A stretch of DNA of 64,000 nucleotides from Oikopleura dioica (Eukaryota; Animalia; Chordata), in assembly GCA_907165135.1 (NCBI GenBank), contig OU015569.1, positions 2,604,001-2,668,000 of the forward strand, written 5' to 3'. The translations under genes were made by a program, and so were the position numbers. The notes beneath the pieces were generated by a model. That model worked only from the letters and a program-made list of their open reading frames with translations. It had not been told where the DNA came from and ran no database searches. Of the stretch, positions 62,739 to 64,000 are shown piece after piece (positions within the stretch are counted from its first letter, which is position 1; every line of letters begins with the position of its first letter).

Positions 62739-64000
62739 ATGATTTCTGGCCTTGTTACCGCTCTCTTCTTGGTCATTCTACTCGAGTTCGCGGTTCTGGT
62801 ATCGAGAAGATCTGGAAGCTCGGGGATCGGCTTTGGTTCAAACCCAAGAATAAGAGAAAAAAGAGGAGCTCCTGATGAAGGCCTTGGGACTTATTTTTCA
62901 GGAGAAACTTATGACTACTCCGGAGAATACAGGCACTGTTTGAACAAGTGTTTTTTGCTCGTTACATAATTTTATAGTCGCTAAAAAATTTTCGAAATGA
63001 CTGATATTTTTTCAAACCGCAAAAAGAATTGTTCGATTCCACCGTTCTGAAGGGGCAGTGTTCAGTAATCCTTGGGAATGGGACGATCTGACGTTGGCAA
63101 CTCAAGGATCAGTCGACAAGTTATTCTACCTGAAGACGATCACGGAGCGTTTCGATGGACCTCTTTCCGTATCCATCTTTTGTCCAGGTTATGATGGAGC
63201 ATTCGCTGACGACGCTATTCACTTGCTGAGAAAATGCTATCCGAAGGTAAGATCTTTCATTGCTTTAGCAAATCTTTCGATTACAAAATAAGATCAACGA
63301 AAACGTGATGTTTCACCTGGTTTATCCTGCAGAGCAGCCAGCAGACCTAGCCTACACGACCGGATGGCGAGAGCTCGAATGTGACGAGTTCATTCAAGAA
63401 CTCAAAGCTTTCACATCAACAGAAAGTGAAGGAGCGGGATATTGATATTTTCATCTTGTTTTTCTTAAATTTAAATGTTCACAATTATATCCCTCTGAAG
63501 CAGTTATTTTCCCTCACAACGTTTTGCGGAATGTAGCGCGCTCTGCTGTTCATTCGGAATTCTTCCTCCTGCTCGATATCGACTTGAGCCCCAGCGTCAA
63601 CTTGAGAACCTCATTCATCGAATATGCAAACGAAAATGATCTTTCGGAGAAAGATGACGACCTTGTTGTCTATGTTTTGCCTGCGTTTGAACAAAAACCG
63701 GACATGAAAGTTCCAGAAGATAAAGCGCAGCTAATCAAAGAGATCGAAAATGGAAACATTCGTCCCTTCCACAATGAGACTTGTTTTCCATGTCACAGGC
63801 CAGAGAAATACGAGCAGTGGAAAACTATGAACGGAGAATTTATCGCATTTGAAGCACCCTGGGAAGAAGCTTGGGAGCCCTTTTACGTCGGCAGGAGAAA
63901 GTAAGAATCTTCCTTTTTCTTATCAGAACTTTAATTTTTTTCTAAGTCTTCCGTACTATGATGAGCGCTTCAAAGGATTCGGATTCGACCGGATCCAACA
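62739..64000 (+). CDS. B4GAT1: GT49 beta-1,4-glucuronyltransferase (B4GAT1-like), truncated by the window end
   Basis: N-terminal TM, DLTLATQ, FDGPLSVSIF, FPHNVLRNVAR, LLDID, VYVLPAFE, WEPFYV and YDERFKGFGFDRIQ. Confidence 0.88.

Noticed and set aside
63420-63500. GA donor in the B4GAT1 gene (AAG|GAGCGG)
   Set aside because: A canonical GT donor in the same phase (GAAA|GTGAAG) explains the junction equally well.

Overview
Eukaryotic genomic DNA, almost certainly the appendicularian tunicate Oikopleura (dioica or a very close relative). The evidence is a match to the known 40-nt O. dioica spliced-leader exon next to a 5S rRNA gene, very short introns (many 35-70 nt), GA-AG non-canonical introns and operon-like gene packing. 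I can support about 25 protein-coding genes, with exon structures worked out by hand. These include NKCC/SLC12, FANCM-like helicase, URB1, a trefoil-domain serine protease, carboxypeptidase D, MRPL3, cathepsin A, ELL, a chromodomain protein, a PDZ protein, a nicotinic acetylcholine receptor alpha subunit, an oikosin-type Cys-domain protein, GT31 and GT49 glycosyltransferases, a MYND-finger protein and an SLC22 transporter. There are also five non-autonomous mobile-element insertions. The most interesting observations are: (1) a hAT-type MITE inside a coding exon whose 8-bp target-site duplication supplies a GA-AG splice-site pair that would remove it exactly (introner-like); (2) a 5S-SL RNA unit whose SL RNA runs directly into the predicted start codon of a PDZ gene; (3) a complete nAChR gene nested antisense in an intron of that PDZ gene; (4) a recurrent AG|GAATGGA non-canonical donor; (5) a roughly 420-bp-arm intronic foldback; and (6) a 58-aa secreted cationic peptide missed by the ORF track. 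None of the splicing or expression claims can be confirmed without transcript data.
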